This document shows, one piece after another, positions 1 through 13,335 of a DNA stretch of 64,000 nucleotides. The translations under genes were made by a program, and so were the position numbers. Source of the DNA: Callorhinchus milii (Eukaryota); contig NW_024704743.1 in NCBI RefSeq assembly GCF_018977255.1, forward strand, positions 69,380,001-69,444,000. Direction: 5' to 3'. Below the pieces are notes generated by a model. The model was not told where the DNA came from, ran no database searches, and worked only from the letters and a program-made list of their open reading frames with translations. The number at the start of each line of letters is the position of its first letter. Positions within the stretch are counted from its first letter, which is position 1.

Positions 1-99
1 CAAAGCACAGGCTAAATAATGAGTGACAAGCATCAGCAATGCCAAAAAAAAAAAAATTTTCTGCAATGCTTTCAAAGCGTTTCCCCAAAAACAAAGATT

Positions 100-435
100 G
101 CAGGCTCAAGCCCCATATAGGAGTTTGAGCTCCATCCGGGCTGACTGGAGGGCTGCGGGAACAATGCATTGTCTAATGTCCTTCAGAAGTTATATGTTAA
201 ATCAAGATGTTGTCTGCCTATTCAGGTGGACATTAAAGTTCCTAAGGCACAATCTGAAAAGAGACGGGACAAGAATCCTCAGCGACTTCATGGATGTTTG
301 TGGTACATTGCTGTGGGCAAATTGGCTGCCATGTTCAGCTATAAATAGTGACTATAGTCAAAGTGACTATTCTGAGAAAATTTACAAACCATTTTGAGAC
401 ATTCTTGACCTAATAGGTGCAATAACAAATACAAA
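100..435 (+). mobile_element. Old Deu-domain SINE, degraded
   Basis: ttcaggtggacattaaag and ttgctgtgggcaaattggctgcc motifs shared with the other Deu-type copies. Confidence 0.6.
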
Positions 436-2427
436 TATTTAGATGTCAAATGAACATCTAGCAACAATTCTCTGTGGGGTGGATGGAGGGGAAGATGAGC
501 AGTGTTTGTTTGGAACTGAACTTGCTCTAAGGTGACATACACAGTAACTGAATATTGGAATCAAACCAGTCACAATCTGGTTCCTGAGCCAGGTGGGTCT
601 GCAGTCCTTCAAATCACTGCTGATAGACCAGTCAGCCTGGCTGATCGGCAGGACTGAAGCAAAAACAGTAACTATTTAGCTTACATCCACACTAGATATT
701 GAATGATGCTTCAGTGCATGAATTCCAATTAAAATGTTGTCGCCGCGGCTTAATTATGACAATGCCAAAAAAAATTCAAGGTGGGTGATAACCAAGTGAT
801 GTATTTTACTTAATTTCATTGTGTCAGGAATCTTACAAATGGATCAAAACATGGCCTTGAAACATGAAAGAAATGCAAACTTTACTCGGGTACTTCCTTC
901 TAAAATAGGAACTCCATCTGTACAGAACCCAAGAGCTCAGCGAGTGACTATTCATTTGTCAGTAATCAATGCTGTTTGGTCAGATCCAAGATTAGTGGCA
1001 AATCTGCACGCGGAGGGCTTCATTCACATGAGAAACTTTTTTTTAAATTAGACAATGACACATTTCAAGACAAATTGGACAGACTACTGACTTCCCTTCT
1101 GAATTTCAATTAGCACAAACATATATTACAATTACAAAGTGCTCACATGGAGTTTAAAATGTGATTAATACTTATGAAGTTGCTGGCATTTTCATTGTTG
1201 TAAGTCAGTGGATGACAAATAAAAAAAAGGTCAGTATTCTTCTAAACACAATAAATAACAATGAATCAATTCAGCAAAAATGTAAATGTTAATAAACATC
1301 AGGAAACAAACCAACAGAGGAAGCTTCCATTTTTTTTAAAACAAAAAGGGAGTATAACTTAAATACCATTGTACACCACAAATACTGAATAGGACTATTC
1401 ATTACTAAACTATTGCCCCCAAACTATCCAACCATTGTAGCCATTTTGTACAACAGACAGGAGCTGTAAACTAACACTGACCTACAGTTAAGTTCCCCCA
1501 AGCTGTGCTAAACAGTCACTATTAGATGGCTATTATGAAGGGCACTATATAAATACAAGTTGTTGTTATTTGGCTCACTCCATGACACAGGAATACTGCT
1601 GTGTGAAAATGGTTGCTGCATCTCACCCACAAAATACAAAGTACACAAAATACAATTTACAGTATATCCTTTGAAGTGCTTTAAGACCTCTCAACAGCAC
1701 GATAAGGTGTTATATCAAAATATCAAATGCAAGGATTATTATATGTACCATTCTATTGACAGAACTGGAGATGAGTGAAGTTGACTGAATTAGTCACACA
1801 CATTTTATAGATGGATAATATCTGAGAATATTCATGGAAATTGAGATTTAATAGATATTTTTCCAGTAATTAATTAGAACTGCTAATGGCTATTCTTCAA
1901 TCTTTTGGAATAGGAAACAACTGTAAGCAAATGAATTTCCCAAAAAATTTAGATAAAGATATCGAGTGTCAAATACCACTGCTTGCTGCTAAAACTGTTA
2001 ATTACAGCTAATAGTACTATAAGACATTCACTATCAAAGCATTTCATAATTTTCCTGTGATGAAAAATATAATGAGTACTAGATTTTCTTCAATTCCTTG
2101 CTTGCTCAAATACATCCCCAAAAATCATTTTTCCCCAACATTAATTTGCTTACTTTAATCATTTCTACTCAACCTTTAATCTGCAGATTGTAAATTTTTT
2201 TTAAATCTTAGGATTAACATACACCTACACTTTTGACAATTCTTTGAAGCATTCAATCATATCTTCAGTGAACATTTTCTTTAAAAAATCAGAACTGAAA
2301 TTTTAACCTAGATTTATCTGTTAGGTGGTGACTGACCAGCTGTGGTTTGCCAATATTTTCTATTTTATTTTCAATTGTTTCCTGATGGGTATCCTCATTG
2401 TAGTTGAACTTTGGTACTTTGTTGCTC

Positions 2428-2803
2428 TAATAATAATAATCTGTGCATTTGATATAGCACCTTATCGCATCTTCAAGATGTCGTAAAGCGCTGCACAGAA
2501 TATACTGTAAAGTGAATTGACTGCATATATTATGGGTGAAATGCAGCAGCCAATTACGCACAGCAGTGTTCCACAAACATTCGTGGATTGAGTGACCAAT
2601 TTATCATTAATATTTTTTTNAAGGAATTATTACCCCAGGAAAAGAGATCCGTCAATCGACTAACAACCGGGTTCCTACTTACTGCTTATGTAAAGAGGCA
2701 TGTGGAATAAGGAAACTGGCCCGATGTTTCGCCCTGCCGGCAATCTAACCCAGGATTTTTGCTTGCTAGGCGAGTGCTCTAACCATTGAGCTACAAGACT
2801 CCA
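2428..2803 (-). mobile_element. tRNA-derived SINE, long subfamily
   Basis: Head GGAGTCTTGTAGCTCAATGGTTAGAGC, central AGTAAGTAGGAACC block, (TTA)n tail. Confidence 0.85.
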
Positions 2804-5800
2804 GAGGACTAATAAGAGTAAGAGACCAGAATGTTGCTCTTCTAAGATTGCTAATCAGTCAAATTTCTGACCGATTCTTACAGTCAACATTCTCAATCAC
2901 TCATCTCAAATCCCGCCTTGCTTAGTGATCTCTGTAAAGTACTTGAAGATGTCAGTCAATGAGAAGGGCAGTAAGTACATATCAATTGCTGCTGTTGTCA
3001 ACGACAAATCCTTTAGCCGATACACAACTGAAGAAAGCCGATCCATCTGACTTTCAATATCGTTCTATCTTGGAAGGTGGAAAATATTACCAATTGAATA
3101 TAAATTTTTAGGCTAAAACCAATTAAATATTAAAAATAAGCACGAATAGTACTAAGTACAAATTCCAATATGCAAAAAAAAAATTGCTGCTGACTTAATG
3201 TACTGGAGGATTGAATTCACATCTCTTTCATGTGTGTTAGAGGATACATTTAGAAACCTGCTAGCTTTGAATTGAATCGAGTCCAGATACAAGGGTTTTT
3301 CTCTGTACCCTCTCAAGTAACAACACTATGCTATCGCATCACATGATACATAACATTTTGAAGATGCTGACAGAAGCAATAGGATTTCTACTCCAAGCTT
3401 TTTAAGCCATTTTCATTATTGCTTACATTAATCAGTTGGGGCTGTCGAGAAGCATTTGCAACCTTTAGAGCGGAGATGAGTGGATATAGCAATCAATCTT
3501 TCTCAAAATAGAAAAACAAGGAAACAGAATTTAATAACAATGCATTATGAATACAAATATTACTGGCAACCTTTTTTGGCATCACTATACATTAGTTGCT
3601 TTTAAATCAAGGAAATCAAAACAATGTGAAAAATGGAAGAAATATGTGAGGGCGATAAAACTAAACTTGTTGTGGGAGAGATGAAAGAACTTGTTTTTTT
3701 TCCACAAAGTCTTTCACATCAAAAGGTCTCAAAGCATTTCACAAGCAATTACACTCAACCACACCAACTCTGGTTGTACAATCAAATGTTTTCAACGACA
3801 ACTGACTAAACATTCTGAAAGAAACTTCTTTGTGAGAGTCTGAAGAGAATGATTTATATCAGGTAAAACCCACTAAAGTCAAAACAAAAAAGTTTCCTTT
3901 CTTGTGGTTTATAAATCAAGATAGATGTCATAGTCACATGCCCTCTACTGGCTGGGCCTGTGTATGTACTGTTGATGGTGAACTATAGTACTTTCTTCAC
4001 CCATCATCATCCTCATGTTAGGGCTGAACAGATGGGACGCCTTCGTCTTTCCCAGTTCTGTAATTTCAGACATTCTATTACATACACTAAAGTCTGGTGT
4101 GAGTTCATGCAAAAATCCCTCCACTCTGTTCCAACACTGTGCCTAAAGCCAAATATACTAGTGTGGCATTATCACTTCCCTTTTCAGTCATCCTCACTGA
4201 ACACACAGACCAATTAGCACATTTTATGGTTTATAATGCTTAAGCAGATCATTTTGGCTGATATTTACCATTAATAATGATACTTACATTAAATAGGACT
4301 AACTTAAAAATAACCCATTAACACAAAAAATGCATCTTTTTCTTTGTAAAATCATCTTCTAAAAAATGCTCTAAATCAGATATCTCTCATATGCATCTCA
4401 ATGTATTATGATCAATATACCAGACCTGGAACAGAATCAAATTCAGGCTGAGTAGTGTACTTTTGAACATTTCTATAAGTATTAGCAACTCACGCAACTT
4501 AAAATGCCAATTTTGAGTTTAACAGATTGTGGAATATATGAGGAAAGTAAGATTGAGTAAAAGAAGACAGAATTCCACAATATTCAGGTCATGAGATAAA
4601 TGAGTTAGAGAAGGGCATTAGTCCAACAAGTTTTGATTTGTACACAGAAGGATGATGATGAGGAGAGTTGATATACTTGAAGTGTGGAAGAAAAGAGATT
4701 AAGGAGTCGAGGAGCAACTGACACATGGTAGTATTTATAAATTAAAGACACAGAAAAGATTGCAGTGTAGAAATAGAAGATAGAGCCCAGACACACGGGA
4801 TTGATAGCCCATCCGATAACAAGCGTTTCTCATATTCTGTTGTAGAACTTTGTTTTGCGGGGTTAAAAGGTGCTGAGTGGGAAGAATCCCTGTCCCTAGT
4901 TTCTGAGGAATAGCACTTCATATGAAGCACAAAAAATACAACATACATTGGAAATAAGAAACAGATCTGTTTTAAAGGTGAGAGCTATGAACTAGTTTCA
5001 AAGTGCAATTCACTGTACAGTATATGATTTCAAACAAGCAACGATGCCTTTTACTGCCCTCTAGTGCTCAGATGATTCTTCCAGGAATAGATGTGGGGGA
5101 TCCGTTTGACATACAGTGCATTACATCAATGATATTCCGAGCTTTCTTCTAGTTTGTTTCAATATTCAAACAGCAAAAAGCAATCTTAGATCACATCTGT
5201 AGAACTGTCAAGTTACAAATGGTCCAATATTTGTTAACTCGTACCAATATCTATATTTGAAATTTGCAATAGTAAATTAAAATTGCATTGAAGTAATTTA
5301 AAACACTTCACAACAATGTAGTAACTTATGTAAGCAAATACAACATCCTAATCTGCACCAGTATCATTGTATAATGCATTTTATATAAATAGCGATAAGA
5401 TGAATGATCAAATATATTCTGGTTCGGTGAAGAGGAATTTTGGATAGGACAATGTGCAAATGTTCTGTTCAACAGTGCCTTGAAATCTTAAATATCCATC
5501 TGAACTGTAATAGCTGTTGAACAGGAAGTTTGCTCACTGTCCTGTCCAATATTCCTTTCATCCATAACAATCCACAAACACAGAATATATTTCATCATTC
5601 ATCTTATTGCTGTTTGTGGAAACCCACCACCTATTATTAAGCGTGATGATGGGTTTCCGCATGTCAAACTCACCTGGCTGACCAAAAAACATGTAAATTT
5701 GCATTGTACACATACAAGTCAAGGAATTTGGTTTATGATGATATACTGGATGTTTTTGTCAACTAGAATATGCAAACATGAAAAAAATAAAATCACACAC

Positions 5801-5838
5801 AATCAAAATATGAAGAGCAGAAACGTCTAACTCCTTAT

Positions 5839-7053
5839 CCCTCCAATCAGGTTTCCGTGCAGTCCACAGCACAGAAACAGCTTTGGTCAAAGTGACAAAC
5901 TACATTTTGTCCATCTGCGACCAGGGTTCCCTCTCCTTCCTCATCCTCCTTGACCTCTCTGCTGCCTTTGATACTGTTAACCACTCTATCCTCCTCCGCC
6001 TCTCCTTGCACTTCAACCTTCATAGTTCTGTCCTTGAATGGTTCAGATTCTACCTCTCACACCATCTGCATTTCATCTCCACAAGCGGCTTCTCTAGACT
6101 GCACCATCTTGTGCGGTGTTCCTCAGGACTCTGTCCTTGGTCCCCTCCTCTTTAACATCTACATGCTCCCTCTTGGTGACATCATCAGCAGACATGGGGT
6201 CAATTTCCACATGTATGCAGATGATACCCAACTATCTCTCTGCCTCCGCCCTGGACTTCAGGACCACTACTGTCCTGACAGAATGTCTGTTAGACATCAA
6301 ATCCTGGACGAGAGCTAACTTTCTACAGTTGAATATCAACAAGACCGAGGCTCTCCTGATTGGCTCCCGTCAGTTCCTCCACACCTCAGGCACTGATAGC
6401 ATCACCATCCACGGATGCACACTCCACCTTAATAAGCCAGGAACCTTGGTATCTTGTTCAACGTCCTGGTCCTCACCTTCAAAGCCCACCGTGGCCTTGC
6501 TCCCCCCTACCCTGAAACATTCTAACCCCCTACCATCCTGCCCGTTCCCTCCAGAGTCCGTTCAGCGGGCTCCGGCCTGCTTCACACCTCCTGCCTCGCC
6601 TGCCCCACTACTGGTGGATGGGCCTTCTGCCACGCTGTCCCACCCCCGACTGCTGGAAGTCCATCCCGCAGTCCTTCAGCCTCGGCCCCTCCCTTGCCTC
6701 CTTCAAGACAGTCTCAAGACCCTCATCTTCGACTGTGCCTTGGTCACCCTGGATGAGAGCTAACGTTCTTCAGTTGAACATCAACAAGACCAAGGTTCTC
6801 CTGATTGGCGCCCGTCAGCATCACCATCCACGGCTGCACACTCCACCTCACTGAGCCAGTCCGGAACCTTGGGGTCGTGTTTGACCCTCAACTATCCTTT
6901 CTATAATACAAATGTAATGTTGGTACCCGGCTGCCTTCCACCCTCCCCGATCCCGACCCCCAGCTTGGGTCCAAAACACTGATTGTCCATCGCCTTGGGG
7001 CGTCCTCCCAACGTGAAAGGCGCTATACAAATGTAATTTGGTTGTTGTTATTG
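5839..7053 (+). mobile_element. L2 LINE relic (RT region to 3' tail), frameshifted, internally deleted and rearranged
   Basis: [46 protein letters not shown] motifs; 3' stem-loop and (TTG)n tail. Confidence 0.92.
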
Positions 7054-10000
7054 TGTAGCATAAGTTGAAATTTTACATTACCCTCACCACATTTTCATAG
7101 CAAACCAATGGGAAACATTTAATATTTCAAGGCTACTGTTACTGTAACTGAAAATATTCTGACAATGTTTTAACGTGTTTCTCAGAATCAACTGTTCATA
7201 CCAGTAAACATGTAATCATAATAATCGTTGCATTTGACATAGCGTCTTGAATTGACTATATTTTGTGTGCGGAACGCGGCAGCCATTTTCGCACAGCACT
7301 TCAAATGATAAGTTCTCAGACCAAAACAATGCAACCATATCTGTAAAATATTCTTCTAATTACACAAATACTCCCACTTGCATTTTTCCAAAGATTGGCA
7401 ATTAAATCCTTTTCCAAAATGTCCAGTCAATTTAAGAACAACAATTTGCACTTATATAGCGCCCTCCACGCAGGATATTGTCTCAGAGTGCTTAACAGTG
7501 GCGGAAGCTGATCCTGAGCTCGTACTTTACATGTGCATATCATGATAATGATAAGTATAACTGAATTTACATACAAAGGATTTGAACAAGAAAATACCAG
7601 CCACAGTTGTTTGATAAGGAAAGTTGTTTCCTCATCAAAATCCAATCAGATAAGAATAGCTGAGTACCATATATAGTAGAACCTCAACTGCATTCCCCTG
7701 AGGACTATCTGGTAGGAAAGCCATTCGGGATGTTACACCTCAATGACCGAAGGTTTCAAGCTTTGCTAATAGACATTACTTTATTCTGTGCAATGAACTC
7801 ATTGCTCAGTGGAGCACATCAACAAAGGGAAAAACACTTTTACCCAAATAGCATACATCCTGCTAATCAGTCTGGAGACACTGGTATCTCAAACTGCTGC
7901 ATAAAAGTCAGCTGGATATGTGTGCTGGGTAGAAAGTAATCAATTTTTTTGCCAAATTCCGTCAGATAAAGTTCAAATGTCAGAATACATCCAACTCATA
8001 CAAAAAATGGTGCCATGCCTAATCATTACCACCACCTTCCTATGCAAATCAATGGTTTATAAAAACAATATAAATTATCATTTCATACAACTAAGGAACC
8101 TACCACATAGCACTAGTTTATTGCTGTGATAACCATTCAACAATTCATCATAAGGGTTTTTTTCCCTGTTCCTCGAGTCTCATCCCTTCTCAGCTGCAAT
8201 CAACTTGTGTTGAAATAGTTACGCAGGCACTGACTCTTCAATACGTCACCCAAAAAGGCTATTCTTCATGTAAATCAGATCAGGAAACCAGATTTCCTGC
8301 TCTGAATTGTTTTATGGGAATTAAGGAGGGGGTGCAGTTACGTGCAGTTGCAAAGGTTCACTACCCAGCACCATAGGGAAGTGTGACAATCTCTCTAACA
8401 ACATTAAAAAATATCCAATTGATTTCAAAAGAACTTTTAAACTTCTTGCCTCAGATTAGAAATTATCTGAAACCCCATTCCACTTCCTCTTCCACCATTA
8501 GTGAACTGAAAACTTCCATAAAGATTTTAAAATAAAGGAGAAATGACAACTGCAGTAAATTAACTAGTTGCTATTACAGGACACAAGATAAAAGCACATA
8601 ATTATATCTCATTAGCATGAAAGTATTAATAAGTTTTACATTGATAATAATAATTATTGCCTTAGCTCATCATTGAATCATCTCAAAGCACTTTGCAGGA
8701 TTTATTTAAAATATAGTAACTGCATTTGTACACACATGCTGCACATAGCAATGTCCCATAAATAGCCATAAAGTGAAGAAACAGATTTATCTGGGGAACA
8801 TCTGTGGCACAATATAAAAATACAGGTGAATAAAGATTAAAAGTCAAATGTATCATGGCTCATTGCCACCTGAAATTGAATTTGGTTTAGTTTTGTAATA
8901 TATGATTCCATTGTATAAGATACACAATTTTTAAAAATAAAAAAAATCCACAAGCAAATAAAAAATCCACAAGCACCCTTCTGCACTTCTTCTGTACGAC
9001 TTTGTGACAGAAAATCTTACAAAGTAAATTTAACAGCAAAATGAAGCCAGCACGTCAACTCCGACATTAACACAGGAGAATCAGTTGGCATTGTACTGTG
9101 ATGCTCTTAATTAAGTGTTCAGTCACAGGGAAATTAGGCATCATGAATTGTAATTTAGAGTTTATGCTGAGTAATTCAGTGTCTTACATGTGTGTAAAAA
9201 AAGCCATTCTGGCCAGTAGATAATTTCCTTGTTAAGTGGCCACCTGACATTAAGCAGGGTACTTCAAATTACCTGAAGAGAACATGTCAAAGCACACATG
9301 GAAGGATCTTACACAATACGGTCACAGCAGCATTATGACCATATACTAAGTGAAATAGTGGTGATTTCAGTTGAAAAATTAAATGCTTCAAAAAGCACAC
9401 TAGCAAAGCATTAAAGCCCCTTTTCTTAATTGTGTTTTTCCTGCAGCATATCAGTATTGATACTCTACATATTCATTGTGGCAAAATAAGTCAAGCAAAC
9501 TTGTGGCATTTCTTTAATAAAAATTGGAAAATACTCAGATAACCAACATGAATTGCGCATAAAATGCTCCTTGTAGCAATTTAGCACTCCAGTCAAATAG
9601 GCAAGATTACTGCCAATCCACCTTAACTACGATAAACCACTCTCAGTGCCAAAACTCATACAATTCTCAGTGTCTATCTGCTACCTAACCCACTATGATG
9701 GACTACATAGGATGCATGATCAAACTCCTGCCCCTTCCTGAATTATATATTGCTATATTGAATTACAACAAAAGGAGGAAGGGAAAAATATATTGGTACC
9801 AGGAGTTCATATAGTAGTTTATTGCAGAATGCAACTTACAATAAATTCACTCTGCACAAATGTGGCATTGTAAAATCAGTACTCGTCTTTATGAAATCAC
9901 ATGTGAAACTGTAGTGCTACAGGTCTTTTTCCACGGGTTTCAGACGCCCTAGGAGGCATAGAGGTCTTGTGAGTAAACTAGTTCTATCAGGATTTCTGTA

Positions 10001-10249
10001 ATTTCTAACAACGAATGCATCAGAATACTGTATCATGCAGAAAACCATGTCTGTATTCATCACACAACAGTTCTCAATTAATTTCAAGAACATCAACATA
10101 AAGTCGGGAAAACAAAGATATAGTAAAGAATTATACATGAAACAGATCTGATTTGTTTTTTTACCCCGTTCATCATGTGAGATTACAGAAAGAGTGTTTA
10201 CTTAATGTTGTTAATATTTTATTTGCCAGAATACTTCTTCTGTTCTGTG

Positions 10250-10541
10250 ACCTATTAACTCCACACCAATCTGTCTGCTCCCTCCACTCAGCGGTCTGCT
10301 CCACATCCCCGCCCAGCCCCCTAGCCATTGGCGGTCAAGCCTTCAGCCTTTCTGCCCCACCCTTTGAAATTCCATCCCACAGTCCCTTTGCCTCACCCCC
10401 TCCCTTGCCTCCTTCAAGGCCCGACCATGCCTGTGGTCAGCCACCTCCCCAATGCTCCCTACCCTCCACTCCTCCTGATCCCAGCACCTTGGGACGTCCA
10501 CCCAATGTGAAAGACGCTATACAAATATAATTTCTTCTTGT
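10250..10541 (+). mobile_element. L2 3' fragment
   Basis: ggcggtcaagccttcagc ... cttgggacgtccacccaatgtgaaagacgctatacaaat. Confidence 0.8.
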
Positions 10542-11148
10542 TCTATCAGAGCAAAATTACACAGAAATAGGCTCTTCTTTCATCTAGGTCATATCAAATA
10601 TTCCTCAGTATTAAAATTACAGCTAAAACATGGAATGGACAAGGCAATTGTTTGAGCAACAAGATGACAGCATTAAAACTGTAATGATATACTGTGCCCC
10701 AGTCGTAGGCAATGGGTGTGCACCAGCAATCTCTATGCAGTTTATTTTCAGTTTGTATTACTGTGTGAAAGGTGTGCTTCCCAAGAGGAATCAGAGATTT
10801 GATCATCCTGGAAATCCATTTGTATGACTACAGCAGAATCAGTAGATGAGGAAGCTCACTGTGAGACACTGAACAGTAAATGCGCATAACACAGCAAAAT
10901 AGGAAGAGAAATCAACTAAAATAGTCACTGATTTTGAATAGTTTTGATTAGGTATCAGTCTTGTTCAGGTGATTGCATTCTAGAATCCAAGTCATAAGTT
11001 TATGGATTGAAGTCCCACATTGGTGAAATGCTGGTCTGAGAGTTGCATGGTTGGAAGTGCTAGCGTTTGGATGAAACATCAAACTGAGGTCCTGTCTCCT
11101 GGTTCAGGCTGATGTTAAAAATCCCATTTGCAAAGAGAGTTTCTCCTA

Positions 11149-11639
11149 CAGTAAAACTCTCATAAGTCATATCAGTGGGGACCTTAACATTTAATATAAC
11201 TTACTCAAAGCACAAGTTGCAGGCACACTGTAGAAGTCATAGAAAATCCAATTTAATCAATAATCTACACTGCACGTGCGTAATTTAATTTAATGCAGCC
11301 TGTAAGTGAGCATGCAGAGTCCAGTTCATCACTGCAACCGCTAAATGTGCAAGCTGAAATTGGTCATTGCAGCCAGTAAGCCTACACTTCCCACGGTTCA
11401 ATGCGTCTTCACCAGTCACCGAATGCCCACTTACCGGCAAACATTGGAATCAAATTAAATTGCGGGAAACTAAGCTCTTCTGTGCATACATAGGAGAGCA
11501 TTGTTACAACTTAGATTTTTTTTACACAACTCATATTATTCACCAACTAAGTGGTTTTGATAGGAAACTGAATGGGACTCAAGTTAATGTAGGCATTTTT
11601 ATATGATTAATAACAATAAGATGTATGCTAGTTTTACTA
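11149..11639. mobile_element. Tc1/pogo (Tigger-like) non-autonomous DNA transposon
   Basis: TA|CAGTAAAACTCTCATA left end; TATGCTAGTTTTACTA at 11624-11639 matches its reverse complement at 13/16; host SINE is colinear across it. Confidence 0.55.
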
Positions 11640-11842
11640 TTATTATTATTAGTACCTTGGCTAACAATTTTCGAACAAAGCCGGATATTAAAGTCAAACT
11701 TAAAATTGCTCATTCACTTCATGGCTGCTTGTGAATCACTACCGTGTGCAAATTGACTGTTGTGTGTGCCTACAAATATGCAGTCACTACACTTTACAGT
11801 AAATCCTGTAAAGCACTTAAGAGACATCTCGTCAATATAAGG

Positions 11843-11926
11843 TTAGCTCTTTTGGATAGCTCTTTTCAAAGAGCTGACACAGACACGATGGGCCAAATGG
11901 CCTCCTGTGCTGTGTAATCCTATGAA
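11843..11926 (+). mobile_element. CR1-type 3' end
   Basis: gctcttttcaaagagctgacacagacacgatgggccaaatggcctcctgtgctg...cctatga. Confidence 0.75.
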
Positions 11927-12315
11927 GACTCTATATCAAATGCTCGGATTATTATCCCTGAAAATTAAATCAAAGAAAAATCACATTATTTGTACAATGT
12001 GCCCAGTATTTTAGAGCGAGTCGCTGCTATCTCGCTCCTCCTTTGGGAAGTTTCATTTTTCTAGATCTCCGAAACGCCAACTTTGATAACTCCGCAGTAC
12101 CGAGTTACACACACTGCGCAGGTCAGTGAAGCACCACTCACATCGCCTCCATAATCGCTCTCAGTAAAGCACAGAAAATCGGTCGTTCACTTCACGGCCG
12201 TTTGTCGGACGCCACAGTCTGCAAAGTGACTGCTGTGTTTGCCGACAAAATACGCAGTCACTACACTGGACATTAAACCGTGTAAAAACACTTCCGAGTC
12301 TGTGTTTTCTGTCGG

Positions 12316-12339
12316 TCTGTCTGTCTGTCTGTCTGTCTG
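12316..12339. repeat. (TCTG)n microsatellite
   Basis: tctgtctgtctgtctgtctgtctg. Confidence 0.9.
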
Positions 12340-12810
12340 AGTCGCGGCTTAAGACGGCCGCTCTCCCCAACCCGGGGGGGAGACATGGCAGAGTCCGGGG
12401 GCGGCAGGTGCCGGGGATCTCCTCCTGGAGGCAGACATTAACGACACACAAACGGCAATGAGGGCGGGCGGGGGGCGGGGGGATCCTGACCGGGGCGCCG
12501 CTGACTGAGCCCCGATGGCGGTCTCTCTGCACGACCCTCTCCCGCTGCCCCCTCTGACCAGGCCGCGCCGCCCCGGCCTCACCGGCTCCTCCACCAGTTG
12601 CTCGGCGCCGGCGCCGCGCTCACCCGCTCCTCCCGCCGGTGGCACAGAGCGAGGGTAGGAGCGGCGTTCGCTCGGGAAAGCCCGAGGCTCCGGCTGGCCG
12701 AGCCCAAGCCCCGGGCGGGCACAACCACCCAGGGCCCGGGGAGAGCGCGGGAGAGGCCGAGGCCGCGGCTCCTCCGTGAGAACAACGTGGTCAAAACCCG
12801 CTTCACCCAC

Positions 12811-12837
12811 CTGGTCCCGGAGTTTCAGGAAAACCAT
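12811..12837 (-). CDS. ANKRD28: First coding exon (9 codons, MVFLKLRDQ) of ankyrin repeat domain 28 / PP6 regulatory ankyrin repeat subunit A; rest of gene lies left of the window
   Basis: Minus strand reads gccATGGTTTTCCTGAAACTCCGGGACCAG|GTGGGT: Kozak ATG, 27 nt, phase-0 GT donor, inside a CpG island. Peptide matches the ANKRD28 N-terminus as I recall it (MAFLKLRDQ-PSLVQAIF) better than paralogues ANKRD44 (MAVLKLTDQ) or ANKRD52 (MGILSITDQ). Only 9 aa are available. Confidence 0.85.
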
Positions 12838-13104
12838 GGCCCGCGGCGGCGCTGCTGGTGTCGGCCCGGGCGGCAGTGAGGCTCAGAGGCTGGAGGGAGG
12901 CACCGGCAGGACAGGCCTCGGCTGCGGGCGCCGCTCGCTTTGAGTGAAGAGCCGAGAGGAGCGCGCGGCCAAGCGGGCGGCAGGACACAACATCACCGCG
13001 GCCACCCCGCAACATCCGCTCCTCTGACTGGCTGCCGCTAGCCCCGCCCACCCAGCAACAGCCCCCGTGATCATTCCCTGATCATATTGTCTATCACCCA
13101 CTCC

Positions 13105-13335
13105 AGCCCCGCCCACAGCCACAGCCCCGCCCACAGCCCAGGTCAGCCCCGCCCACCAGCCACAGCCCCGCCCACAGCCGCAGCCCCGCCCACAGCCACA
13201 GCCCCGCCCACAGCCACAGCCCCGCCCACAGCCCAGGTCAGCCCCCGCACCGCCCACGCCCACCGCCCCGCCCACCGCCCCCGCCCACCGCCCCGCCCCA
13301 GGCCCCGCGCCAGCCCCAGCCCCCGCGCCAGCCCC
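13105..13335. repeat. GC-box minisatellite, ~18-bp unit AGCCCCGCCCACAGCCAC, upstream of ANKRD28
   Basis: About 7 tandem units followed by degenerate CCGCCCCGCCCA units; each contains CCCCGCCC (Sp/KLF site). Confidence 0.9.

Larger units (their letters stand above)
10955..11955 (+). mobile_element. Deu-domain SINE interrupted by a MITE and a CR1 3' end
   Basis: Head and Deu segment 10955-11148, resumes ~11652, tail ends ggattattat ~11955. Confidence 0.65.

Noticed and set aside
2975..3065. Possible minus-strand exon NDIESQMDRLSSVVYRLKDL in intron 1
   Set aside because: No match to the expected ANKRD28 exon 2 (PSLVQAIFNGD...) and no convincing donor
5883..6763. RT-containing ORFs as an active or domesticated reverse transcriptase
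   Set aside because: Frameshifted, deleted L2 debris; no intact RT ORF anywhere in the window
1..12810. ANKRD28 exon 2 or alternative first exon
   Set aside because: Searched by eye on the minus strand and not found; presumably left of the window
12349..12837. 162-aa ORF starting MVFLKLRDQVGEAG
   Set aside because: Only the first 9 codons match ANKRD28; the rest is read-through past the GT donor into GC-rich intron
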